Shown: positions 1 through 10,100 of the stretch, piece by piece
Layout: every line of letters begins with the position of its first letter
How positions within the stretch are numbered: the stretch's first letter is position 1
Assembly: GCA_965223155.1 (NCBI GenBank)
Contig: CBDCVR010000015.1
Span: forward strand, 928,001 to 992,000
Source: Candidatus Multivoradales bacterium
GTDB taxonomy: Bacteria; Acidobacteriota; Thermoanaerobaculia; Multivoradales; JAHEKO01
DNA length: 64,000 bases
Reading direction: 5' to 3'
The notes under the pieces: model-generated
Seen by the model: only the letters and a program-made list of their open reading frames with translations
The model's database searches: none
Told to the model about the DNA's origin: nothing
Program-made: the position numbers and the translations under genes

Positions 1-2
1 GC

Positions 3-686
3 GAGCGCCACGTCCGCGACCCCGAAGAGCCGTCCTCGCCGCTCGAGCACCCGACCATCGGCAGCGTGCTGCGGCTCTTGAAGCGGTCCTTGCTCAACCG
101 CGGAACGGCCTGGCTCATCCTCTTCATCGGTACCTACAAGCTGGGCGAGAACATGGCCGACACGATGTTCAAGCCCTTCCTCGTGGACGCTGGCTACTCG
201 GGTCAGCAGATCGGCCTCTGGGTCGGCACCTGGGGCATGCTGTTTTCGATCGCCGGCTCGATCGCTGGCGGACTGCTGGCGAGCCGCATCCGCCTGATCC
301 ACGCGGTCGGCATCACCGCACTCTTCCGCGTCGGCCCGGTCGCCGGCGAGTGGTGGCTGGCGATGGTCGAGCCGACTCCCGAACGCGTCCTTGCCGTGAC
401 CTGCGCCGAGCACTTCTTCGGCGGCGCTCTGACCACCGCGCTTTTCGCCTACATGATGTCCCGGGTCGACAAGCGCATCGGCGCTAGCCACTACACGCTT
501 CTGGCTTCGGTCGAGGTCTGGGGCAAGGTCCCGGCCGCCGCGATGTCGGGGGTCATCACGCAGGCCACCTCCTACGCCTTCATCTTTGGTCTGGCCACGA
601 TCCTGTCGCTGGCCTTCTTGAGCCTGCTGGTACCGGTCAAGCGCCATGAGGGCGACCCGGTGCCGGGCTCGACCCCGGATCCGTGA
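3..686 (+). CDS. AmpG-like MFS transporter, 5' end outside window
   Basis: Frame open from the window edge. Multiple TM segments and AmpG-type motifs [20 protein letters not shown] and ASHYTLLAS. Confidence 0.75.
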   Translation, partial: ERHVRDPEEPSSPLEHPTIGSVLRLLKRSLLNRGTAWLILFIGTYKLGENMADTMFKPFLVDAGYSGQQIGLWVGTWGMLFSIAGSIAGGLLASRIRLIHAVGITALFRVGPVAGEWWLAMVEPTPERVLAVTCAEHFFGGALTTALFAYMMSRVDKRIGASHYTLLASVEVWGKVPAAAMSGVITQATSYAFIFGLATILSLAFLSLLVPVKRHEGDPVPGSTPDP

Positions 687-2053
687 CGCCCCGGCCGCTC
701 GCCATTGTCGCCGGGGCCGGCATCTTCGGGGTGACCGCGGCCCTCGAGCTCGACCGGCGGGGCTGGGCGGTGACTCTCATCGATCCGGGCCCGATCCCGC
801 ATCCGCTGGCGGCTTCGACCGACATCTCCAAGGTCTGCCGCATGGAGTACGGTCCCGACGAGCTCTACACGGAGCTCATGGAGCGGGCTCGTGATGGCTG
901 GCTCGACTGGAACCGGCGCTGGCGCCGCGACGGCCGCGATGCTCTCTACCACGAGACCGGCGTGCTCATGGTCTGCCTCGATCCGATGGCGCCGGACGGC
1001 TTCGAGTACGAGAGCTTCCGCGCGCTCGAGCGCCGAGGGCACGCTCCGGAGCGTCTCGGCGGCCCGAGTCTGGTCGAGCGCTTCCCCGCGTGGTCCGAAG
1101 CCTTCGTCGACGGCTTCTTTCATGCCGTCGGCGGCTGGGTCGAAAGCGGCCGGGTCGTGGCGCGCCTCGCCGCCGAAGCCCGGCACCGGGGCATCGCATT
1201 CGCCGAAGGCCAGCGGGTGGTCGGGGTCGAGCCCGCCCGTGGCGGCGGAGCGAAGCTCCGGGTGACTCTCGGTCCTGGCTCGCCCAGCCCCGGTTCGATC
1301 GTCCGCGGTTCGATCGTCGATGGCTCGTCCGCTCGTGGTTCGACCGGCACCAGCGCCGACGACCCGACTCCGATCTGTCTCGAAGCCAACGCCGTCGTCC
1401 TGGCCGGCGGCTCGTGGGTGGGTGGCGTCCTTCCCGAGCTCGCCGGCTCCCTGGTCCAGACCTACCATCCGGTCTGGCACCTGCGGCCGCGTGACCCTGA
1501 AGCCTTCCGGGCCGACCGGTTCCCGGTCTTTACCGCCGACGTGGCGCGCACGGGCTTCTACGGCTTTCCGCTCCATCCACGCGAAGGCGTCGTCAAGATG
1601 GGCCATCACGGTACCGGGGTCAAGCCCGTGCCGGAGGAGTCCAACCTCGGCGGCAATCCCGCTGTCTCGCCAATGCCTCCGTCAACGTCTCCGCCAGCGT
1701 CGCTGACGGTACCGGCCGAGATCACCGAGCGGCTTTTCGCCTTTCTGGCCGAGAACTTTCCCTCCCTCGCCAACGCCGAGCTGGTCGGCACCCGCCTGTG
1801 CCCGTACTGCGACACCCCCGATGAGGACTTCTGGATCGCGCGGCACCCCGAGCTCCCGGCGCTTACCGTCGCTTCCGGCGGCAGCGGCCATGCCTTCAAG
1901 TTCGCTCCCGTCCTGGGCACTCTCGTCGCCGACGTGGTCGAGGGAACGTTCGGACCAGATTCGGGGCGAGTCTCCGAGCGCTTCCGCTGGCGACCGGACC
2001 TCAGGCTCGAGCGCGGCCGCGAAGCCGCTCGCTGTCACGAGACGAGCTGGTGA
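683..2053 (+). CDS. FAD-dependent oxidoreductase (sarcosine oxidase / fructosyl-amino acid oxidase-like)
   Basis: Rossmann motif [18 protein letters not shown]-terminal [11 protein letters not shown] and [16 protein letters not shown] overlap with the upstream stop. Confidence 0.85.
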   Translation: MTPRPLAIVAGAGIFGVTAALELDRRGWAVTLIDPGPIPHPLAASTDISKVCRMEYGPDELYTELMERARDGWLDWNRRWRRDGRDALYHETGVLMVCLDPMAPDGFEYESFRALERRGHAPERLGGPSLVERFPAWSEAFVDGFFHAVGGWVESGRVVARLAAEARHRGIAFAEGQRVVGVEPARGGGAKLRVTLGPGSPSPGSIVRGSIVDGSSARGSTGTSADDPTPICLEANAVVLAGGSWVGGVLPELAGSLVQTYHPVWHLRPRDPEAFRADRFPVFTADVARTGFYGFPLHPREGVVKMGHHGTGVKPVPEESNLGGNPAVSPMPPSTSPPASLTVPAEITERLFAFLAENFPSLANAELVGTRLCPYCDTPDEDFWIARHPELPALTVASGGSGHAFKFAPVLGTLVADVVEGTFGPDSGRVSERFRWRPDLRLERGREAARCHETSW

Positions 2054-2204
2054 CGCGGAAATATCGAGGGATCGAATCGGAAATGACTCGGAAATGAACT
2101 GCCCTCTTAGGTTCGGGCAAATAACGAAATAGACCCAGTTTCTTTGCGCTGTTGCTCCTATCCTGCGTGATACAAGTCGGAAATGAACATGATATCGTCG
2201 GCGC

Positions 2205-3383
2205 ATGATCCCCTATCGGAAGCCCGATTCCTGGATCCGATACGACGCCAGCGCGGTGCTTGCTCCACTAGCAGCCGCCAAGGCGGCAGTGCTTTCGCTG
2301 ACGACAATCCCCTACCAGAGAAGCTGGGCCGAGGAGCTGCAACACCTTCAGCTCAAGAGAGAGGTGGCTGGCACCTCCAGGATCGAAGGCGCCGACTTCA
2401 CCGAGCGCGAGCTCGACATCGCCCTCGGAGAATCTGCGGGCGAGCTCGCCACGCGCTCCCAGAGGCAGGCCGCGGCGGCGGTCAAGACCTACCGCTGGAT
2501 CGCAACGTTGCCGACCGACCGGCCGGTCGACGAGCGCCTGATTCGCGAGATTCATAAGTTGATCGTCCGGGACGCAGACGACGATCATTGCCCTCCGGGT
2601 GAGCTCAGAGGCCCTGACCAGAACGTCACCTTCGGTTCTCCGCGACATCGTGGCGTCGAGGGCGGAGACTCCTGCCGGGAGGCTTTCTCCGAACTCTGCT
2701 CGGCGATCGGGCAAGAGTTCCGAGAGCACGACCCTCTCGTTCAGGCTCTTGCCCTCCACTATCACCTGGCGGCAATGCATCCGTTTCTGGATGGCAACGG
2801 CCGCACCGCCCGTGCCGCGGAGACGCTGCTCCTTCAGCGCACGGGTCTCAAAGACACTTTGTTCATTGCGATGTCCAACTACTACTATGAGGAAAAGACC
2901 GCGTATCTAGAAGCCCTTGCCCGGGTCCGCTCGAGCCAGGGAGATCTGACGGAGTTCCTGAGATTCGGCCTGCGGGGCATCGGGTTCCAATCCCAGCGCC
3001 TGTTTCAAGACATTCGAGTCCATGTCTCGAAGGCTCTCTTCAAGGTCACGATGTACGACCTCTTCGACCGGCTCCAGTCACCCAGAAAGCGCGTCCTGGC
3101 CGAACGCCAAGTTCAGATTCTGAAGCTCCTGCTCAAGAAGGACCGCAAGTGGTCGGAGGTCTACGATCGGACTCGCGAGCACTACACGTCTCTGAAGAAT
3201 CCCACCCGAGCACTCGACCGCGATCTCAGCAGCCTCCTCCATCTCAGAGCGATCGAGCTCTCGGGCGAAGAAACCGACCCTGTGTTCTCGATCCGCTTGG
3301 ACTGGCCAGGTGAGATCAGCGAGACCGAATTCTTCGCCCGGGTCAAGGAGCTGCCGCGGGCCAAGACCCATCGCTTCCTGTAA
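2205..3383 (+). CDS. Fic family protein (class II-like, with inhibitory motif)
   Basis: Canonical Fic motif HPFLDGNGRTAR, N-terminal TSRIEG ((S/T)xxxEG), basic helical C-terminal domain. Confidence 0.9.
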   Translation: MIPYRKPDSWIRYDASAVLAPLAAAKAAVLSLTTIPYQRSWAEELQHLQLKREVAGTSRIEGADFTERELDIALGESAGELATRSQRQAAAAVKTYRWIATLPTDRPVDERLIREIHKLIVRDADDDHCPPGELRGPDQNVTFGSPRHRGVEGGDSCREAFSELCSAIGQEFREHDPLVQALALHYHLAAMHPFLDGNGRTARAAETLLLQRTGLKDTLFIAMSNYYYEEKTAYLEALARVRSSQGDLTEFLRFGLRGIGFQSQRLFQDIRVHVSKALFKVTMYDLFDRLQSPRKRVLAERQVQILKLLLKKDRKWSEVYDRTREHYTSLKNPTRALDRDLSSLLHLRAIELSGEETDPVFSIRLDWPGEISETEFFARVKELPRAKTHRFL

Positions 3384-3419
3384 TCCCGGTCGCTCATTTC
3401 GGGCTGACTGACAACCCAC

Positions 3420-5021
3420 CTACATCTTGCGGCTGCGCCGCAGGGTGTCGGTCAGGGTGGCTACGACCTTGGTTTCCTCGGGCTCGGACAGGTCCAGGAT
3501 CTCCTGGAGGGCGATGCCGATGTGCGGGATGTATTTTTCGATGTACTGCTGCTTGCGCTCGGCGTCCCGGGCGCGCGCGGCGCGCTTCAGAAAGACGCCC
3601 AACCGGCGGCCCACGTGCTGGAGCGCGAGCTTGGTCTCCTTGACGATTTCGTCGTAGGCGGCCACCGCCTCCTTCGACTCCGAGGTAAACGGCACCCAGA
3701 CGCTGGCGATGTGGACCATGAGAACCAGCGGACCGGTGGGCAGCGCGCCGCGGGCCTTCTGCAGCCCATAGCTCCTCCAGTTGGTGCCCAGAACGCTCTT
3801 CGACAGCGCGCAGGCGCCCGCCTGATAGAGGAGCGGCACCCGGTTGGCAAAGCGGTAGACGGCGGCCAGATCCTCGGCTCCGAGCTCGCCGCCGTAGGCC
3901 AGGCCGACTTCGACTTGAAAGGGGTTGCCCCGGTAGACCGAGGGCGAGCGCGTCACCGCGTCGTAGTAATCGGCCTCGACCTGCTCGTTCAGACTCGCCA
4001 GGATGCGCTCCTCGCCGATTGGCGAAAGGCAATCGGTGGGCGGAGCCGGAATCCGGGTCTCGCGAATCACCGCCAGGAGCTTCTCGGCCCGCTCGGGCGA
4101 GACTCGCCGGGGCGAGGTGCGCGAGGTCAGTCCTGAACCCTCGGCAATCCGCCGGGCGAGCGTCGGGCCGACCCGGCTGAACTCGGTCTGGAAAAACGAC
4201 TTCAAGGTGGTCGCGCGGGTGTCCTTGAGCATCCGCAGGAGCAAGCCGATCTCGACTCCGTAGGGATGGGGTTGAATCTCGAGGGCTTCCTTGGGCAGGT
4301 CTCGATTCGCCCGCTTGAAGACGACCGGCTCGGCGTCTTCGTCGGCCCCCGGCGCCCGGAAGGCGATCTCGACGTGGGGGTTGGCGAGAGCCGTCTGGCG
4401 CAGATAGGTCTCGACCCCGTGCTTGCCGCCGCGATAGGTACCTTCGAGCTCGATCGTCACCCGGGTGCCGTGCGCCGCCTCCCAGCTCACCGTCGTGTCC
4501 TTCTTCACCACCGGCTCGTTCTTCTTGGTATCGATCACCAGCTCGTAGCGATGCGCGGGGCGGCGCTTCGAGGTGCGGCTTTCGATCACCACCGGCTTGC
4601 CGGTCGTCAACTGCCCGTACATGCCGGCGGCCGAGATGCCGATGCCTTGCTGGCCCCGGCTCTGGCGCAAACGATGAAACTTCGAGCCGTAGAGGAGCTT
4701 GCCGAAGATACGCGGGATCTGGTTCTTCAAGATTCCCGGGCCGTTGTCGGTGACCGTGACCCGGTAGCGGTTGTCGGTCCCCTCGACGGCCGCGATTCCG
4801 ACCTCGATCGTGGGCAGGATGCCGGCTTCTTCGCACGCATCGAGCGAGTTGTCGACCGCCTCCTTGATCGTGGTCAGAAGCGCCTTGGTCGGACTGTCGA
4901 AACCCAGCAGGTGACGGTTCTTGGTGAAAAACTCCGAGACCGAGATCTCGCGCTGAGCCGCGGCCATGGACCTGGCCGTGGCTCGCCGTGGCCGGGCCGG
5001 CTTGGAGGTTCGTTTCGCCAT
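3420..5021 (-). CDS. top6B: DNA topoisomerase VI subunit B
   Basis: EISVSEFFTKNRHLLGF; GHKL motifs KEAVDNSLDA, DNGPG, GSKFH..SRGQQGIG; PHPYG; RFANRVPLLY; VPFTSESKEA. Confidence 0.93.
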   Translation of the reverse strand: MAKRTSKPARPRRATARSMAAAQREISVSEFFTKNRHLLGFDSPTKALLTTIKEAVDNSLDACEEAGILPTIEVGIAAVEGTDNRYRVTVTDNGPGILKNQIPRIFGKLLYGSKFHRLRQSRGQQGIGISAAGMYGQLTTGKPVVIESRTSKRRPAHRYELVIDTKKNEPVVKKDTTVSWEAAHGTRVTIELEGTYRGGKHGVETYLRQTALANPHVEIAFRAPGADEDAEPVVFKRANRDLPKEALEIQPHPYGVEIGLLLRMLKDTRATTLKSFFQTEFSRVGPTLARRIAEGSGLTSRTSPRRVSPERAEKLLAVIRETRIPAPPTDCLSPIGEERILASLNEQVEADYYDAVTRSPSVYRGNPFQVEVGLAYGGELGAEDLAAVYRFANRVPLLYQAGACALSKSVLGTNWRSYGLQKARGALPTGPLVLMVHIASVWVPFTSESKEAVAAYDEIVKETKLALQHVGRRLGVFLKRAARARDAERKQQYIEKYIPHIGIALQEILDLSEPEETKVVATLTDTLRRSRKM

Positions 5022-5164
5022 TCGTGGATGCCCGCCCGGGACGTCCCGTGCTCAGGCGGCGCCGATGATATCGTCGCGCCACTTTTGCTGAACGCCGTCG
5101 TCCCGAGCCCGGCCCGTCCGGGTCTTCGGAGCTGGCAACCCCGGGACTTCCAGGAGACCGTGCC

Positions 5165-6490
5165 ATGAACCTCAATCGCCTTGCCGTTCGCCCCTGTTTC
5201 CGATTCTCCACGGTAGCGCTTCTCACCTGCCTGGCCCTTGCGCTCGCGGCGCCCGCGCCAGCGGCCACCTTGATCCATGCCGGCCACCTCATCGACGGCG
5301 TCTCGGGCGAGCGGCACGCCGAGCGCACGATCGTGATTGAAGGCACGACCATCACCGCCGTCGAGGAAGGCTTCCGCGCGCCTGGAGACGGCGACACGGT
5401 GATCGATCTCTCGGCCGCGACCGTCCTCCCGGGCTTGATGGACATGCACGTGCACTTGACCGGCGAGCTCAACCCGAAGAACTACCTCGACCGCGTGCAG
5501 CTCAACACCGCGGCCTTCGCGATCAAGTCGGTCGAGTACGCCCGGCGCACGCTCATGGCCGGCTTCACCACCGTGCGCAATCCCGGAGACGACGGCACGA
5601 TCACGGTGGCGCTGCGCGAAGAGATCGCCAAGGGGCTGATCCCGGGGCCGCGGATCTTTACCGCTGGCAAGAGCCTGGCGACGACCGGTGGCCACGCCGA
5701 TCCGACCAATGGCCTCCGCGCCGATCTCACCCGGGACGCCGGTCCCGAAGACGGCGTCGTCAACGGTCCCGAAGACGCGGCCAAGGCCGTGCGCCACCGC
5801 TACAAGGAAGGCGCCGATTTCATCAAGATCACCGCCACCGGTGGCGTTCTCTCGGTCGCCAAGAGCGGCCAGAACCCGCAGTTCTCGGAGGCCGAGCTCG
5901 TCGCCATCGTCGAGACCGCCAACGACTACGGCTTCCACGTCGCCGCCCACGCGCACGGCGCCGAGGGCATGAAGCGGGCGGTGCGCGCCGGGGTCCGGTC
6001 GATCGAGCACGGCACCCTCATGGACGAGGAGACCATGGCGCTCATGAAGCGGCATGGCACCTACTACGTGCCCACCATCCTTGCCGGCAACTTCGTGGCC
6101 GAGAAAGCCGCGATCGACGGCTACTTTCCGGACCTCGTGCGGCCCAAGGCCGCCGCCATCGGCCCCAAGATCAAAGAGACCTTCGCCAAGGCCTACAAGG
6201 CCGGCGTCAAGATCGCCTTCGGCACCGACTGCGGGGTGTCGCCGCACGGCGGCAACGCCGAAGAGTTCGTCCACATGGTGGACGCCGGCATGCCGCCGAT
6301 GGAAGCCATCCGCTCGGCCACCGTCACCACCGCCGAGCTCCTCGGCATCCAGAGCCAGGCCGGCTCGATCGAAGCCGGCAAGCTGGCCGACCTGATCGCG
6401 GTCAACGGCAATCCCCTGGACGACATCGCCCTCCTCCAGGACGTGACCTTCGTCATGAAGCACGGATCCGTCTACAAGGACGTACGCTGA
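5165..6490 (+). CDS. Exported metal-dependent amidohydrolase (Xaa-Pro dipeptidase-like)
   Basis: Signal peptide-like N-terminus; [39 protein letters not shown]. Confidence 0.88.
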   Translation: MNLNRLAVRPCFRFSTVALLTCLALALAAPAPAATLIHAGHLIDGVSGERHAERTIVIEGTTITAVEEGFRAPGDGDTVIDLSAATVLPGLMDMHVHLTGELNPKNYLDRVQLNTAAFAIKSVEYARRTLMAGFTTVRNPGDDGTITVALREEIAKGLIPGPRIFTAGKSLATTGGHADPTNGLRADLTRDAGPEDGVVNGPEDAAKAVRHRYKEGADFIKITATGGVLSVAKSGQNPQFSEAELVAIVETANDYGFHVAAHAHGAEGMKRAVRAGVRSIEHGTLMDEETMALMKRHGTYYVPTILAGNFVAEKAAIDGYFPDLVRPKAAAIGPKIKETFAKAYKAGVKIAFGTDCGVSPHGGNAEEFVHMVDAGMPPMEAIRSATVTTAELLGIQSQAGSIEAGKLADLIAVNGNPLDDIALLQDVTFVMKHGSVYKDVR

Positions 6491-6515
6491 CGGCGGCGGT
6501 AAGCGAGCTCCGAGC

Positions 6516-7046
6516 CTGAGCTCAGCCGACGCGAAGCCCGCACCGGCGGGCGATGCGGAGACGCCCTGGTACCACGACGGCCTGCGCTTTTCCTGCCAGG
6601 GCTGTGGCCACTGCTGCACCGTCGAGGGCTACGTCTGGATCGACCGAACGGAGATCAAGCGCCTGGCGAAGCACTTGGGCCTCTCCATCGACGAGTTCGG
6701 CAGGGGCTATCTGCGCCGAGTGGGCCGCCGCTACAGCCTGATCGACAAGCCGAACCCGGCGCTGCCCGGTTCCCGTCCCTGCATCTTCTGGGACGAAGAG
6801 GGCAAGGGCTGCTCAGTCTACGAGCTCCGGCCGAAACAGTGCCGGACCTACCCGTTCTGGAAAGAGATCCTGGCGAGCGAAGACGCCTGGCGGAAAGAGG
6901 CCGACGCTTGCGGCGGCATCGAGCCCGGCGGGGACCGGGGTCGTCTCTACGACCGGGCGGAGATCGAAGAGCTCAAGACGTACCTGCGGGAAACCGAGGC
7001 CGGCTCCGGGAGCCCTTGCTGCGACTCCCGCGGGGCAGCTCCCTAG
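6516..7046 (+). CDS. YkgJ family Cys-cluster (Zn/Fe-chelating) protein; start uncertain
   Basis: The frame of ORF 6675-7046 extends upstream through PWYHDGLRFSCQGCGHCC, and later has CIFW..GCSVYELRPKQCRTYPFW. CTG at 6516 is a tentative start. Confidence 0.8.
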   Translation: MSSADAKPAPAGDAETPWYHDGLRFSCQGCGHCCTVEGYVWIDRTEIKRLAKHLGLSIDEFGRGYLRRVGRRYSLIDKPNPALPGSRPCIFWDEEGKGCSVYELRPKQCRTYPFWKEILASEDAWRKEADACGGIEPGGDRGRLYDRAEIEELKTYLRETEAGSGSPCCDSRGAAP

Positions 7047-7161
7047 TCGGCCCGCTCGCGCCGAAGCCGGCTGGCGGTGCTCCACTTTCCGCACGGCACA
7101 CGAACGACCAGGTGCCTACCCGCTGGGGATCGAGCACGAACGCAGCTCTGTCGGGGCGGGC

Positions 7162-10100
7162 CTAGTCGTCCGGCTCGCAGCCGTCATCGCTGTCATCGCC
7201 GTCGTCGCTGTCGTCACTGTCGTCACCGGAGCAGCCCAGGTCGTCGTCGTCCAGGATCAGCCCCAGCGCCTGATGCGGCTCCACGATCACGCCGCCCGTC
7301 GAGGTCCCGATGCCCAGGAAGAAGGCCTCGTCGGCCTCCGTCAACGTGTCGCCAAGAACCGGCACCGAGATAACGGCGGACGTTTCCCCCGGCGCGAAAG
7401 CCAGGGTGCCAGAGGTCGCGACGTAGTCGATACCGGCGATTGCGGTGGCATCGGTAGTCGCAAAGGTAACGTCAATCTCCTGGGGCAGCGCACACGACAG
7501 GTTCACGCCGAAGGCGGCAGCGGTCGTACCGCTGTCTCCTTCGACGACTTCCGCGCCGGAAATCGACAGCACCGGCGTACGCAACGAGTGCAGGGACAGG
7601 TCATCAAAGTAGCCGTCCGCGGTCTGGCCGGAGCTCAGGCGACTGGTCACGAGACGAATTCGGATCCACCGGGTGCCCGAAGGCGCTGAACGCAAATCGC
7701 TCAGGTAGCTCCAGGCTAGGGGGCTCACCATCTCTCCCGTGTCGTAACTGTCGAGGACAACGGTGTTGGACGCGTCGCGATACTCGACGACTACCCGAGC
7801 GGTATCGGCGGGGAACTCGTCAAAGGTGTGCACCAACCCTTCGAACAAGAAGGCCTGGCCGCCGCCGTCGATCTCGGCAGCATAGGCCGAGACATCGACG
7901 TCTTGCCGCAGCTCCGCAAAGTCGGCCTGACCCGCGAAGAAATAGGCGGACCCTTCGCCCGGAGGTGGATCGGCGAAACGCTGCTGCCAATCGACACCGG
8001 CCGCTTCGGTCCAGCCTGGGATCTCGGTGATTACGAAATCCTCCGCTCCGGGGTTCTCGATCAAGTTCGGACCCTGGCACAGCTCGTCGTCCAGGATCGC
8101 AACGTCCGCGGACGGATCGGCCAGCTCGCCGCTCGACGGGTTGCTCAACACCACCGCGAAGAGCTCATCGCTTTCGAAGATCAAGTCGCCGATCACCGAC
8201 AGCGAAACCGTGGCCGAGGTCGAGCCGGCGGCGATCGTGACCGTCCCCGAGTCGGCAACATAGTCGCTGCCCGCAACCGCGTCGCCGTCGACCGTTCCGT
8301 ACTGGACGGTGATCGGCACCCCAACCGCCCGATCCAGTTCCACCGCTACGTTGACGGTTGTCAGACCGCTGTCCCCTTCTTCTATCGACGTGTCGCGGAT
8401 CGAGATCTGAACCGGATCCAGGTCGTCGTCCAGGATCGTGACGACACCGGTGGCGTCCGCCAACGTCGCGTTCACCGCTCCAGCGAGCTGCACGACAAAG
8501 GTCTCATCCGGCTCGGGCGCACCATCATCGACAATCGCGACGGCGATCTCGCCTTCCACCTGGCCCGCCGCGATCGTCAACGACCCACTCACGGCCAGGT
8601 AGTCCGCGGCCGCCTCTGCCGAGCCATCCGCGGACGAGTAGTTCACTGAGACCTCGAGGCTCGAGGCCGAAGACAGGCTTGCGGTCAGGATCGCCGTCCC
8701 ACCGGCCTCGTCGATCGAAACGTCGTCGATGGTGAGAACGGGCGCTGCATCGTCGTCAAAGATCGTGCCCACCGCGGAGCCGTCTGAGAGAACGGCATTG
8801 ATCGGACTGGCCAGACTTGCGAGGAAGGTCTCCGTGCTCTCATCCAGGGTGTCACCGAGCACGCTGACGACGATCGTGCCCTCGGTAGCCCCTGCGGGAA
8901 TGGTGATCGTCCCGGCCGCCGCCAGGTAGTCGATGCCCGCAAGGGCTGCGCCCGCTCCCGCGCCGTCCGACGTGGCAAATGAGACCGTGACATCCAAGCC
9001 GCTTGCCGAAGAAAGTGAAACCGTGAAGATCATCTCCACGGTGCCGGCATCCCCCTCGGTCACCATGGCGTCGGCAATCGAGATCGAGGGCGCCAGGTCG
9101 TCGTCGAGAATCGTCACCACGCCGGCCAGATCGGACTCCTGCGCGTTGACGAGACCCGACAGTTCCACCGAAAGGGTCTCGTCGGTCTCGTCGAGGACGT
9201 CACCCAGAACCGGCACGGCGATCTCGGCGGAGAGCTCTCCGGCGGGAATCACGAGGCTGCCGGCGACCGCCGTGTAGTCCGCACCGGCGGTCGCCGTCCC
9301 GTCGGTGGTCAAAAATGCGGCTTCCACATCCAGGCCACTGGCCGTGCTCAGCGTCACGGCAACGAGGGCCGTCGAGGTTCCCGAATCGCCCTCGACCACC
9401 GAAACGTCCGCGATCGCAAGAAGCGGAGGGTCGTCGTCATCCACGATGGAGCCAATGCCTTGGGCATCACCCAGAATGGCGTTCTGGACGCTCAGAAGAT
9501 CGACGACGAACATCTCGTCCGTCTCGTCGAGCAGATCCCCGAGAATCGGCACCTCGATCGATCCGTCCATCGAGCCCGCCGCGATCACCACGGCACCGGA
9601 AGTCGCTTCGTAATCCGCGCCCGCGGTCGCTCCGCCGATCCCGATGCCGTCGGCCGTCGCGAACTGAACCGTGACGTCCTGACCGCTCGGCTCCGAGAGG
9701 ACGAGGGCGAAGGTGGCTAGGGTGGCCCCCGCATCGCCTTCAATCACCGAGACATCGCTCAGAGACACGATCGGCGCCGCGTCGTCATCCAGGATCGTGC
9801 CGGGTACTTGCGCCCGATCGAGCACCCCGCCGACGGCATTCGAAAGCTCGAGAACTACGGTCTCGTCCGCTTCGTCCAGTGCGTCGTCGATCCCGATGAC
9901 GACGATCTGGGCCGTGGTCTCGCCTGGAGCGAAGGTCACCGTCCCGCTCTGCGGCTGGTAGTCGGCCCCGGCCGTGGCGCTGCCGTCCGCGGTCGTAAAG
10001 TCGAAGGCGACCGTCCGGTTCGGCGCCTCGGAAAGGCTGATCGAGAAGACCAGTCCCGTGGAAGAGGACTGCGCTTCGAGCTCCGAAGGCTCGCTTACGG

